64,000 bases of DNA from an uncultured Desulfarculus sp. (GTDB taxonomy: Bacteria > Desulfobacterota > Desulfarculia > Desulfarculales > Desulfarculaceae). The position numbers and the translations under genes were made by a program. Shown in pieces: positions 19,275 through 28,365 of the stretch. The notes under the pieces were generated by a model that saw nothing but the letters and a program-made list of their open reading frames with translations, ran no database searches and was not told where the DNA came from. Positions within the stretch are counted from its first letter, which is position 1, and every line of letters starts with the position of its first letter. Location: positions 2,240,001-2,304,000 of the forward strand of contig CAXXUK010000001.1 in assembly GCA_963665125.2 (NCBI GenBank), read 5' to 3'.

Positions 19275-20018
19275 TTATGAACCGGACTGCCCGTAGAGGG
19301 CCATGGCCATGGCCTTGCCGCTGGGGGTCTTGAAGACCTTGTCGATCAGGGCCGCGCGCTGCTGGGGCGTCTTGTCCGGATACTCGTCGGGGATGTTGAC
19401 CATCCAGTCGGCGTCCCAGATCACCCGGAACTCGGTGGTGTCGATATCCCTGGCCGAGTGATGGTTGGCGATGATCCGGCGGACATGATCCCTGGTTTCT
19501 TCATCCATGCCCAGATCCTTCATGATCCGGTCGGCGATGTCCGGGCCGTACTTTTCCTGCCAGCGTCCGGCGCTGGAGTCGTGCAGCCGCTCGCCCTCGG
19601 TGATGCCCACGTCGTGCAGCACCGCGGCGGTGAGGACCACCTTGGGGTTGGCCCCTTCCCGGCGCATGATCTGCTCGGCGTAGTCCAATACGGCCAGGGC
19701 GTGGGTGATGCGCCGTTCGTCCTTGCCAAAATGCTTGCGCATGGCCTGGACCAGCTGATCCACCAGGCTCTCCTGGGCCGCGTCGCCCAAAACCTGCTTG
19801 GGGTCATAGCCCAGGCACTCGGCGGCGTGCTCGCACCACTGGGCGCAGCCGAGGTTGAGCTTGGGGTTTTGCACCCTGGCCCCGCAGCTCTTGCAACGGC
19901 GGCTGGCGTCGTCCTTGAAGAACTCCATCTCGTTGCCGCACTGGGCGCACTTGACTTCATATATATCGTTGGGGGTCCAGAACGCGGTGTCCTGGCCGGG
20001 GCACATGGTCTTGCTCAT
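19275..20018 (-). CDS. HD-domain phosphohydrolase with N-terminal Cys-rich/Zn-ribbon domain
   Basis: CPGQD, CAQCG, CKSCG, CAQWC..A..C; RITHA...LHDVG, HH and DAD. Confidence 0.85.
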   Translation of the reverse strand: MSKTMCPGQDTAFWTPNDIYEVKCAQCGNEMEFFKDDASRRCKSCGARVQNPKLNLGCAQWCEHAAECLGYDPKQVLGDAAQESLVDQLVQAMRKHFGKDERRITHALAVLDYAEQIMRREGANPKVVLTAAVLHDVGITEGERLHDSSAGRWQEKYGPDIADRIMKDLGMDEETRDHVRRIIANHHSARDIDTTEFRVIWDADWMVNIPDEYPDKTPQQRAALIDKVFKTPSGKAMAMALYGQSGS

Positions 20019-20701
20019 AACACCCCTCCTTCGCGCCGCACGGCCCACCAGGCTGCGAACCTGATGCCCAAAGGCGCGTTTTCCAGATAGCTTTCAACAG
20101 CCTGGGAAAAGAAAGGGATCAATTCCCAGGGATCGGCGACCTCGGCGGCCGGACGGGCCAGTTGGGGCGAACGTCCCAGCTTGCCGCCCATGAGCACCTG
20201 GCCCCAAGGGGCCGATAGGTTGACCGCGTCATAGTCGCACACCGAGCTGCAACCAAGGCAGCCCTGGCAGCGCCCGCTGAACCAAGTCAGCGATTCGCCC
20301 ACCACGATGGCTTGATCCGGGCACTGGGCCACGCAATCTCCGCAGGCGGCGCAGGCGCTCTCGTCAAAGTGGGGCCGAATCCGGCCCACCACGGCCAAAT
20401 CGGCTATCTGGGGCCGGCTGCACGCGTTGGGGCAACCCGCCACGGTGATGCGCAGCTTGTCGTGGGCCATGACCATTGGCGTCTCCACGCGCATGCGCAG
20501 GCGTTCGGAAATATCTGCCTCGGCAAGCCAGTTGCTGATGGCAGCCTGCCAAAGGGCCGCATCGATGAGCGAATTGGGGCAGCCTTCGGTGGCGGCCCGG
20601 CAGGCCCGCATTTCCACCAGATGCGCGCCGGGCGCGTTGGGCTCTGGGCCGCCGATCAGGGAGGCCGTCACTGCTTGATATGCTTCGGGTGTTGCTTGCA
20701 T
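20015..20701 (-). CDS. Short nitrite/sulfite reductase-like (AsrC-like) Fe-S protein with ferredoxin insert
   Basis: C-x5-GCPN, AGCPNACS (siroheme/Fe-S ligand pattern), two CxxCxxCxxxC motifs and GGKLGR.P.LA. Confidence 0.8.
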   Translation of the reverse strand: MQATPEAYQAVTASLIGGPEPNAPGAHLVEMRACRAATEGCPNSLIDAALWQAAISNWLAEADISERLRMRVETPMVMAHDKLRITVAGCPNACSRPQIADLAVVGRIRPHFDESACAACGDCVAQCPDQAIVVGESLTWFSGRCQGCLGCSSVCDYDAVNLSAPWGQVLMGGKLGRSPQLARPAAEVADPWELIPFFSQAVESYLENAPLGIRFAAWWAVRREGGVL

Positions 20702-20719
20702 CTCAAACCTCCTTAAATG

Positions 20720-21469
20720 TCAGGCGGCCAATCCCGCGGGAGCGTTTTGTTGAAGAACCCGCCCGGTGCGGCTTATGACCATGTTGCCCAGGGGCACGTC
20801 CACTCCGGCCTGTTCCATGGCCTTGCGGGCGATGAAATCCAGGCCCTTGCAGCAAGGCACCTCCATGATCACCGTGGTGATGGAACGAAACCCCGCGCCC
20901 TTGATCAGCTGGGCCAGCTTGTCTATGTGGGCCTGGGCGTCATCCAGCTTGGGGCAGGCCAGGGCCACGGTGCGTCCGCCGAGCATGCGCTGGTGCAGGT
21001 CGGGCAGGGACGCCGCCGCGCAGTCGGCCAGCAACAGCAGATCCGACCCGGCCAGATAAGGCGCCCCCGGCGAAAGCAATTGCAGCTTGATGGGCCAGTG
21101 TCCCAACTGGGATACCGCCTCCGGAGCCTGGCAGGCACAGGCCTGGCTCACCGTATCCAGGGTCATGGTCTGGTCGGAGGGGCAACCGCAGGCCAGGGTG
21201 GGAGGCAGAACCTCGGCGGCCTTTTGGGCGGCCAAATGGCGCTCCACCTCGTGCTCGTCAAATTCCTCGGCCTCCCGCTGAACCACGGTCAGAGCCCCGG
21301 TGGGGCAACCGCTCAGGCAGGCGCCCAGGCCGTCGCAGAGGATTTCGCCAACCAGCTTCGCCTTGCCGTCCACAATCTTAAGGGCGCCTTCGGCGCAGTC
21401 GATAACGCACTGCCCGCAACCGGTGCAGAGTTCCTCGTCGATCTCGATTATGTTGCGCATTGTCCGCAT
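20720..21469 (-). CDS. 4Fe-4S dicluster protein of the family often found next to hcp
   Basis: CTGCGQC...C, CDGLGACLSGCP, CGCP, WPIKL.L, ADC, CPKLDD and MEVPCC. Start could be 21478, 21469 or 21460. Confidence 0.85.
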   Translation of the reverse strand: MRTMRNIIEIDEELCTGCGQCVIDCAEGALKIVDGKAKLVGEILCDGLGACLSGCPTGALTVVQREAEEFDEHEVERHLAAQKAAEVLPPTLACGCPSDQTMTLDTVSQACACQAPEAVSQLGHWPIKLQLLSPGAPYLAGSDLLLLADCAAASLPDLHQRMLGGRTVALACPKLDDAQAHIDKLAQLIKGAGFRSITTVIMEVPCCKGLDFIARKAMEQAGVDVPLGNMVISRTGRVLQQNAPAGLAA

Positions 21470-21891
21470 TGTGCGCATTCCTTTCCCCAGGCGGCGGGAA
21501 GGTCGCTAAGCCTGGTGTTGGCGAAATACTCCATTATTTCCCGGCTTAGCCGGGCCAGCAGATCACCCATGATGCAGTTGCCGCCGCAGACAGGAGTCCC
21601 CAGCAGGCAACCCACTTCCTCGAGGGGGCCCTCGGCGGCCTGGTATACCTCCAGAAGGGTGATGTCCTCGGGGTTCTTGCCCAGGGTGAAACCGCCTTTG
21701 GGACCGCGTTGGCTCTTGACCAGTCCGGCCTTGCCCAACCGCTGCATCACCTTGGCCAGATGCGCCTCGGAAGCGCCGATGGCCAGAGCCACCTCATGGG
21801 TGGAGACCTTTCGTTCCGGGTCGGAGGCCAGCATGGCCATTGTGTGCAGGGCCAGGGAGGCCGCTTCGCTAACATGTATCAAATTGCTCAT
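21448..21891 (-). CDS. Rrf2-family transcriptional regulator
   Basis: SEAASLALH, HLAKVMQRL...GLVKSQRGPKGGF.L, ITLLEVY and CLLG..VCGGNC. Confidence 0.92.
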   Translation of the reverse strand: MSNLIHVSEAASLALHTMAMLASDPERKVSTHEVALAIGASEAHLAKVMQRLGKAGLVKSQRGPKGGFTLGKNPEDITLLEVYQAAEGPLEEVGCLLGTPVCGGNCIMGDLLARLSREIMEYFANTRLSDLPAAWGKECAQCGQCAT

Positions 21892-21914
21892 CGCACGATC
21901 CTTTTTTCTATTCT

Positions 21915-21949
21915 GGTACTAAAATACCTATTAAGAGGCCAAGTGTCAA
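21915..21949 (-). promoter_or_regulatory. sigma70 promoter with overlapping palindromic operator for the rrf2 operon
   Basis: Minus strand TTGACA-N17-TATTTT; palindrome GGTA-N6-TACC (21915-21928) covers the -10. Confidence 0.6.
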
Positions 21950-22000
21950 GCCTCCCCGGAATTTTTTTATTTTTGATGTAAATCAAGCCAGTTGCATTAT

Positions 22001-22909
22001 TTATTTTGCTTTGGTCAAACCCACATTGGTAATGAACTCGTCCATGGCCTCATTTAGTTCAGCGGGCCGCTCCAGCATAAAGAAATGGCCCGCGTCACGC
22101 CAAACGACCAACTCCAATACGGGGTGGACGCTACGCAGTTGCTGTTCCAGGTTGGGCGGGCATAGCCCCGGCGAGCAACTCGATTTGAAGGCATAGATGG
22201 CCAGGGTCGGCGCGTCCAGTTGCACCTCACTCCAATTGTCGGGATCAAAACAATGCCGCATGGAGTTCCGGGCGACATGGGGCGGTGTGGCCAACATTTT
22301 TTCGATAACTTCACTGCGGATTTCCTTATTTGTCGACGCATCGTGCATCGGCTCCATGAAACCTGCCATTGCTTTGGCATAATCATCGGCGCTGAGGATA
22401 GCCACCAAACCATTAGCCTTTTGCTTGAGCCGATTGATATCCTCAACATTTTTAGGAACCGGGTTGAATGCGCCATCCAGAATTATCAAACCCTTCACCT
22501 TACCGGGATGCCTTCGGCAAAAGGCCCTTGCCACCCCATAGCCCATGCTGTGGCCGACAATGACCGCCCTGGTGACGTCGGCCTGTTCCAATATCGCCGC
22601 CACGGAGTCCGCGAAAAGGTTTTGGGTGTACTCGACCTCCGGTTTGCCGCTGAGTCCGTGACCGGGCAGGTCCACAGCGATCACCCGCCATTTTTTGGCC
22701 AATTCCGGGGTCTGCAACCGCCAGAAGCTATGGTCGCAACTCCAGCCGTGAATCAGCACAACCGCTTCCGGCCCGGCATTATAGTTTTGATAATGAAGGC
22801 GTATGCCTTGAAAATCAGCGTATTGGTCCGATGGCGCGGGCTGGGCCAAGGCCGTTGACGCGACCAGCATAAATACGGCAAGAATAGACAGTTTGAAGTG
22901 CAGCCACAT
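22001..22909 (-). CDS. Secreted alpha/beta hydrolase (paralog 1)
   Basis: Signal peptide (ALA), IHGWSCD, DLPGHG.S, GHSMG and GHFFMLERP. Confidence 0.88.
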   Translation of the reverse strand: MWLHFKLSILAVFMLVASTALAQPAPSDQYADFQGIRLHYQNYNAGPEAVVLIHGWSCDHSFWRLQTPELAKKWRVIAVDLPGHGLSGKPEVEYTQNLFADSVAAILEQADVTRAVIVGHSMGYGVARAFCRRHPGKVKGLIILDGAFNPVPKNVEDINRLKQKANGLVAILSADDYAKAMAGFMEPMHDASTNKEIRSEVIEKMLATPPHVARNSMRHCFDPDNWSEVQLDAPTLAIYAFKSSCSPGLCPPNLEQQLRSVHPVLELVVWRDAGHFFMLERPAELNEAMDEFITNVGLTKAK

Positions 22910-23039
22910 GATGTCCCCCGTGTATTTCCAGATAATCAGCCGCCAGATTATGTCAGCCCCATACCGTTGGGCATTGATGCGTATTCAAAGGTATTTCTCT
23001 TTGAAACGGTTTGATTGGATTTTTTCGTTTCAAGGCTCC

Positions 23040-23927
23040 TCAGCGGGCCTTTTCCAAGCCCACGGCCGAGACAAATTCAATCAATGCCTTGTTCAGTTCG
23101 GCGGGCCTCTCCAGCATGTAAAAGTGTCCGACGTCCTGCCACATGACAAACTCCAGCCCCGGATGCACCTGGCGCAATTGTTGCTCCAAATCCGGCGGGT
23201 TGGCCGGGTTCTGGGCGCAAATGGCCAGGGTGGGCACCTTAACCGTCATCTCGCGCCAGTTTTCCAGGTCAAAGAAATGCCCAATGGCGCTGCGGCCCAC
23301 GTGGGGCGGCGTGGCGGTCATTTTTTGCAGGACCTCCTCACGCACATCCTGGCTGGTGGCCTTGCCGTGCATTGGCGCCACAAAGGCCTTCACGGCACCG
23401 GCATAATCTTCGACGGCGAACATGGCCTTCATTCCGGCGGCCATTTCGTTGTACTTTTTTTGTGCCTCTTCGCTTTGCGGAGCTTGCATGAACGCGCCGT
23501 CCACGACAACCAGGCCCCGGACCATATCCGGATGGGCCGCGTAAAACTCCCTGGCCACCACATAACCCATGCTATGGCCGGCCAAAACGGTTCTCCGCAC
23601 TCCGGCGTGACCGAGCACCGCCGCCACGGCCCGGGCAAAATACTTCTGGGTGTATTCGACGTCAGGCTTGTCGCTGAGGCCGTGACCAGGCAAATCAAGC
23701 GCTATGACCCGCCATTTTTTGGCCAGCTCCGGTGCCTGGAGCCTCCAAAAGCTGTGATCGCAGCTCCAGCCGTGGATCAGCACCACGGCCTCCGGACCAG
23801 TGCCGTAGTCCTGGTAATGCAGGCGCGCGCCCTCGAAATCAGTGAAACGCTCGGCGGGCCCGGCCTGGGCAAAGGCCGCGGTGGCCGCCAATAAAACCAG
23901 TATTGCGATTGACAGACGAAGCTTCAT
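23040..23927 (-). CDS. Secreted alpha/beta hydrolase (paralog 2)
   Basis: Signal peptide (AFA) and the same motifs as 22001-22909. Confidence 0.88.
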   Translation of the reverse strand: MKLRLSIAILVLLAATAAFAQAGPAERFTDFEGARLHYQDYGTGPEAVVLIHGWSCDHSFWRLQAPELAKKWRVIALDLPGHGLSDKPDVEYTQKYFARAVAAVLGHAGVRRTVLAGHSMGYVVAREFYAAHPDMVRGLVVVDGAFMQAPQSEEAQKKYNEMAAGMKAMFAVEDYAGAVKAFVAPMHGKATSQDVREEVLQKMTATPPHVGRSAIGHFFDLENWREMTVKVPTLAICAQNPANPPDLEQQLRQVHPGLEFVMWQDVGHFYMLERPAELNKALIEFVSAVGLEKAR

Positions 23928-24044
23928 TTCATCACCCGGACAAAGATTGTTTTCCCCCTGCATTTGAGCCGCGAACCAGCCAAATGTCAACCCCGAGTCA
24001 AAAACTCACTCTACCAACGCCGGCTAATGTGTTTATAATGGGCG

Positions 24045-24782
24045 GTGACAAAATCTAACGAACGGTTGATCGTCATTGGAGACAAGTTGGTTAGGCTCGG
24101 CGTCCATATTCCGCTTTGTCTTTTTCTGCTGTGCATGTCACTCAACGCGGCGGCACGCCCCTGTTCGGCCCAGGACCAAGGCCAATTGCCGCGTTCGCCA
24201 TGGACCAAGGCCTACGAACTGCTCCTGGCCGACGAGCCCGAAGACGCGGCCAAGGCGGCGGAAGAGGTTTTAAATTCGCTGCCCGGCAGCGCGTTGGGCA
24301 ACCTGATTTTGGCCATGGCCCTGGCCGGCGACGGCAGGCAGGCCGAGGCCATGGAACACTTTGCCAAGGCCATGACCGGCGACCCGGCTGGCGAGGCCCA
24401 GTTTCTGTATGAACGGGCGGCGCTCCTTGCCGACCTGGGCCAATCGTCCCATTCCGCCCGGCTGGCTACCTTGGGGCTGGAGTTGGCCCCGAATCACGCC
24501 GGGCTGCTTACCAGCCGGGCCGGTGCCCTTTTGGCCAAGGGCTCAAACCTGGCCGAAGCCGAAAGGCTGGCCAAGCGGGCCGCCGAATCGGCGCCCAACA
24601 GCCCAGAGGCCTGGGAATTGTTGGGGGCCATTCAGCAAAAGCGGGGCAGGCACGACCTGGCCGTCATGAGCCTGCACAAGGCCCTGCGGCTCGATCCGCC
24701 GGACAAACAGCGCATCGAGCAGATGCTTCTGCAAAGCATGGCCAAACTTTCGCCGGACAAGGTGCGGCGCTTGACCAAATAA
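24045..24782 (+). CDS. TPR-repeat protein, probably exported
   Basis: Hydrophobic N-terminal segment and Ala-rich TPR motifs. Start uncertain. Confidence 0.72.
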   Translation: MTKSNERLIVIGDKLVRLGVHIPLCLFLLCMSLNAAARPCSAQDQGQLPRSPWTKAYELLLADEPEDAAKAAEEVLNSLPGSALGNLILAMALAGDGRQAEAMEHFAKAMTGDPAGEAQFLYERAALLADLGQSSHSARLATLGLELAPNHAGLLTSRAGALLAKGSNLAEAERLAKRAAESAPNSPEAWELLGAIQQKRGRHDLAVMSLHKALRLDPPDKQRIEQMLLQSMAKLSPDKVRRLTK

Positions 24783-24831
24783 GCAATTAAGGCAAGAACA
24801 GTCTCATCAACATAAGGCAAGGATGGAGAAA

Positions 24832-25125
24832 ATGGCAAAAATAACAGTAGTGGCGATCATGAAGGCCCAGGCCGACAAGGTTGAAGAAGTAAAAAAAGCC
24901 TTGCTCGAGTGCGCCGTGCCCACCCGTCAGGAAGAAGGCAACATCAATTACGATCTGCACCAGTCCCTGGCCGACCCGACCGAGTTCATGATGCATGAGA
25001 ACTGGGCCGACAAAGACGCCCTAAACGCCCACGGCAAGACCCCGCACATGGCCACCCTGTTCGGCGCAATCGGCGACAAGCTGGCCGACAAGCCCAAGAT
25101 CATGCTTTTCAGCGAGGTCAAATAA
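24832..25125 (+). CDS. Antibiotic biosynthesis monooxygenase (ABM)/putative quinol monooxygenase
   Basis: PTRQEEGNINYDLHQS, F..HENW.D..AL.AH..TPH; GGAG RBS. Confidence 0.88.
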   Translation: MAKITVVAIMKAQADKVEEVKKALLECAVPTRQEEGNINYDLHQSLADPTEFMMHENWADKDALNAHGKTPHMATLFGAIGDKLADKPKIMLFSEVK

Positions 25126-25170
25126 GCCGATCGGCGGCAACGCCGAACGCCATCAATTGATCCCTAAAAT

Positions 25171-25208
25171 CGAAATGCCCTTCAGCCGGGAAGCTGAAGG
25201 GTATTTCG
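25171..25208. terminator. Hairpin between convergent genes
   Basis: CGAAATGCCCTTCAGC-CGGGAA-GCTGAAGGGTATTTCG. Confidence 0.55.
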
Positions 25209-25258
25209 TATTTCAAAGCTGCCGCCGAGACCACGGCCCAGCGGATTTTGGCAAATTA

Positions 25259-27001
25259 TCAGCTGACGGTCTCCATGTTGCTCCAGCCTGGTTCGTCGGG
25301 CAGGTCGGTGCCAGAGCGGACATTGCCGTTGGCGTCCACCTGGTGTTCCTGGTCGGTGGGCAAAAACCGGGTCTTGCCGTCCGGGCCGCGCTTGTCGGCA
25401 AAGGGTGCCAGCAGAGGGTACATTTCGCGGTGGATCTGGTTGTTGGTCTTGGCCCTGTTGGTCCAGATATCGGCGTCGATCTTGGCCGCGATGGCGTCTA
25501 CCTGGGCAATGCCCCTGTGGTTGTTGGCGGCGATGAGCATGCAAGTCATGGCCCAGGTGGAATTCAGGTGAAAAGACTGAAGGCTGGTCAGCAGCGGCCC
25601 CTGGCACTCCTTCAAGCGTTGTTGGGGAGCCCAGACGCCGAAGGAACCGGTGGACATCCACAAGTTCATGCCCGGCAAAAACATGTACCGCACCACCGAT
25701 ACGATAACGCCTTCCATGGGAATGTTGTTTTGCATATAGCGGATGCGGACCATGGCCGCACGGTGTTGGACCTGCATGCTGGCCATCTGCAGCGCGGAAT
25801 TCATGATTTGCAGTTCCCGGTCCTTGCTCTGGGCCAAGGCGGGCAGTTCGGTTTCCTGCACCAGTTGATAGTTTTGAATCTGGGCCTGATGGGGAATAAT
25901 GATTTTTTTAATATAGTTGATCGGGTCCATCACGGGCATGGACACAAAACCGCCGTAGTTGCTGCCCGGCGGGAAATGGGCGGCGGCCGGGGCCTTTGAT
26001 ACGTCGGCGAACCAAACCTCGGGCATGAAAACCAGCCCCTGGCTCATGTCCGGTGAATACATCCTGAATTGGAAGTCCACCGGCTGCATCAAATCCGTGC
26101 GGGTGAGCTCGGTGGGCCGTTTCTGGGTGTTCTTCCAGACAACCTTTGCATCGACTTTCCAGCCCTTGGGCACCAGCATGTCAAAGACCTTCATGGGCCT
26201 GCCGTTGGGGTCCTTCAACCCCTGCTGATCATAGCAGGTATACGGCGTAAAAATAGTGTAGCCCGCCCGCCCTGCATTGCCCCGGCCCGGCTGGTTTGGG
26301 TACTGCCCCTGCTGGGGATTTTGATTGTTTATCTGGTTCTGGGGGGGCTGGTTGTACGGCTGCTGGTTTTGCTGATTATATGGCTGCTGGTTCTGTTGGT
26401 TGTACGGTTGCTGATTTTGCTGGTTCTGCCAGTTGGGGTATTGCCCCTGCTGAGGGTTTTGGTTTCCGATCCGATTTTGCGGGGTCTGGTTGTACGGCTG
26501 TTGGTTTTGTTGGTTGTACGGCTGTTGGTTCTGCTGGTTATATGGCTGCTGATTTTGTTGATTTTGCTGGTTCTGCCAGTTTGGGTATTGTCCCTGTTGG
26601 GTGGTTTGTTGGTTTTGCTGCCCTTGTTGGGTGTTCATCCGCACGAGTTGGTAGTAGTTTTCATCGTCGGATATTACCAGAGAGCCGTCCTGTCCCATGC
26701 TGATATTCATGACATACGGCTGGCCGTTCAAGGGGAAAATCTGTAACTGGTTGCCGTTGACGCTATACCTGCCCTGGACTTCTTCCACTTGGTTGTTGCC
26801 GGTGAAGCGGTAGTAAAGCCCACCATTGGGATGAAACTGGACCAATAGTTCCACCCCTTTTTCCCTGGCCATCCAGGCGCCGGCGATTTCGTTTGCCGTC
26901 ACGGCAAAAGCTTCCGTTAGACCGGCGGTTAGAAATCCCAATAGGACGATAACGACAACTCGGGGCAGGGCTGTCTTGAGGATACCGCTTTTTTTAACCA
27001 T
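25259..27001 (-). CDS. Secreted protein with central Gln/Asn-rich repeat region
   Basis: 580-aa ORF with signal peptide (AFA), small beta-rich N-domain, QQNQQPYN repeats and a globular C-domain. Confidence 0.8.
   Translation of the reverse strand: MVKKSGILKTALPRVVVIVLLGFLTAGLTEAFAVTANEIAGAWMAREKGVELLVQFHPNGGLYYRFTGNNQVEEVQGRYSVNGNQLQIFPLNGQPYVMNISMGQDGSLVISDDENYYQLVRMNTQQGQQNQQTTQQGQYPNWQNQQNQQNQQPYNQQNQQPYNQQNQQPYNQTPQNRIGNQNPQQGQYPNWQNQQNQQPYNQQNQQPYNQQNQQPYNQPPQNQINNQNPQQGQYPNQPGRGNAGRAGYTIFTPYTCYDQQGLKDPNGRPMKVFDMLVPKGWKVDAKVVWKNTQKRPTELTRTDLMQPVDFQFRMYSPDMSQGLVFMPEVWFADVSKAPAAAHFPPGSNYGGFVSMPVMDPINYIKKIIIPHQAQIQNYQLVQETELPALAQSKDRELQIMNSALQMASMQVQHRAAMVRIRYMQNNIPMEGVIVSVVRYMFLPGMNLWMSTGSFGVWAPQQRLKECQGPLLTSLQSFHLNSTWAMTCMLIAANNHRGIAQVDAIAAKIDADIWTNRAKTNNQIHREMYPLLAPFADKRGPDGKTRFLPTDQEHQVDANGNVRSGTDLPDEPGWSNMETVS
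26290..26635 (-). repeat. Nested coding tandem repeat: 24-bp units (QQNQQPYN) within two ~130-bp blocks
   Basis: QQGQYPNWQNQQNQQ-(PYNQQNQQ)n-PYNQ.PQN.I.NQNP occurs twice, and QQGQYPN three times. Confidence 0.85.
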
Positions 27002-27053
27002 TGGGGGTCAATCCCTTGCTATCTATGGGTCAAAAGATAACTCCATCCGAGAC

Positions 27054-28235
27054 CTAGGCGTAAAAATCGGTGATGACCTGGACCACGCGCTGTTTTTGCT
27101 GATCGGTGAGTTCCGGGTAGATGGGAATGGCAATTACTTCTTCGGCGGCTTTTTCGGCCACAGGCAGATCGCCCTTGCGGCCGCCGAGCATTTCAAAGCA
27201 CTGCAAAAGGTGCATGGGAATGGGGTAATACACCGCGCACCCGATGCCCGATTTTTGCAGAGCCGTCAGTAGTTCGTCGCGCCGCTCGGCTCGCAGAACG
27301 AACTGATTGTAGATATGGCCCCGCCAGTTTTCCGGGTAGGCCTGGGTGGGCAGGCTTATTTTTTCCTTTTCCAGCAGGCCGCTCTGTTTGAACAGCCTTG
27401 TGTAGTCGGCGGCATTGCCGCGCCGGGCCTTTGACCAGTCGTCGAGATGGGGCAGCTTTGCGCTGATCACCTCTGCCTGGATGGCGTCCAAACGGAAATT
27501 GCCACCCACGAAAAGGTGGTTGTACTTTTCCTTGGGATGAGAGCCATGGGTGCGCATGGAACGCAGTCGGACGGCCAGTTCTTCGTTCCTGGTGGTGATC
27601 AGGCCTCCGTCGCCCGCGCCGCCCAGGTTTTTCGAGGGGAAGAAGCTGAAGCATCCCACATCGCCGATACCGCCGATCTTGGTGCTGTTGATCTGGCCCG
27701 GCATGCGGTAGGACGTGCCGATGGCCTGGGCCGCGTCCTCGATGACCAGCAGGTTGTGTTTCTTGGCCAATTCCATGATCGGGCCCATTGCCGCGGGCTG
27801 GCCGAACAGGTGCACCGGTACAATGGCCCTGGGCTTGACAGGCAGGTTGGAGGCCAACAGGCGCTCGATTTCCCGTGGATCGATATTATAGGTTTCCGGG
27901 TCTATGTCGGCGAATATGGGCCGCGCGCCCAAACGGACAATGGAGCCCACGGTGGCGAAAAAAGTGAACGGCGTGGTGATGACGCCGTCGCCGGGGCCGA
28001 TGCCCATGGCCATCATCGAAAGCAAGAGAGCATCGGTGCCCGAAGACACGCCCAGGGCATGTTCCACACCCAGATACCTGGCAAGTTGTGTCTCGGCCGA
28101 AAGCACCGATGGGCCCAAGATAAAGGCCTGACGTTCGAAAACGTTCTGCAGGCGGGGCATGATTTCGTCTTTTATGGTATCGAATTGGGCCTTGAGGTCC
28201 AACATGGGTACGAGGATCGGTTCAGAAGCGGACAT
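27054..28235 (-). CDS. DegT/DnrJ/EryC1/StrS-family sugar aminotransferase
   Basis: SSGTDAL, VHLFGQ, IEDAAQAIG, SFFPSKNLGGAGDGG (PLP Lys) and NFRLDAIQA. Confidence 0.92.
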   Translation of the reverse strand: MSASEPILVPMLDLKAQFDTIKDEIMPRLQNVFERQAFILGPSVLSAETQLARYLGVEHALGVSSGTDALLLSMMAMGIGPGDGVITTPFTFFATVGSIVRLGARPIFADIDPETYNIDPREIERLLASNLPVKPRAIVPVHLFGQPAAMGPIMELAKKHNLLVIEDAAQAIGTSYRMPGQINSTKIGGIGDVGCFSFFPSKNLGGAGDGGLITTRNEELAVRLRSMRTHGSHPKEKYNHLFVGGNFRLDAIQAEVISAKLPHLDDWSKARRGNAADYTRLFKQSGLLEKEKISLPTQAYPENWRGHIYNQFVLRAERRDELLTALQKSGIGCAVYYPIPMHLLQCFEMLGGRKGDLPVAEKAAEEVIAIPIYPELTDQQKQRVVQVITDFYA

Positions 28236-28365
28236 CAGGGAGTCTCCTTCCCGTTATATTTCATTTGATATTATTTTCTATTGCCCAATGGGCCGCTAAA
28301 GTCAAGAATAGTAATAAATAATCAACACCTTTAAGCCGCCGGGTCCGGCGTTTGGGAGCAATATC

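Noticed and set aside
20015..20701. Dissimilatory sulfite reductase DsrA/DsrB or a pseudogene fragment of it
   Set aside because: It is too short, has an intact RBS and ATGA coupling, and lacks dsr context; it fits a short stand-alone family better.
26290..26635. Repeats as a CRISPR array
   Set aside because: The units are degenerate, in-frame coding repeats without unique spacers, and no cas genes are present.
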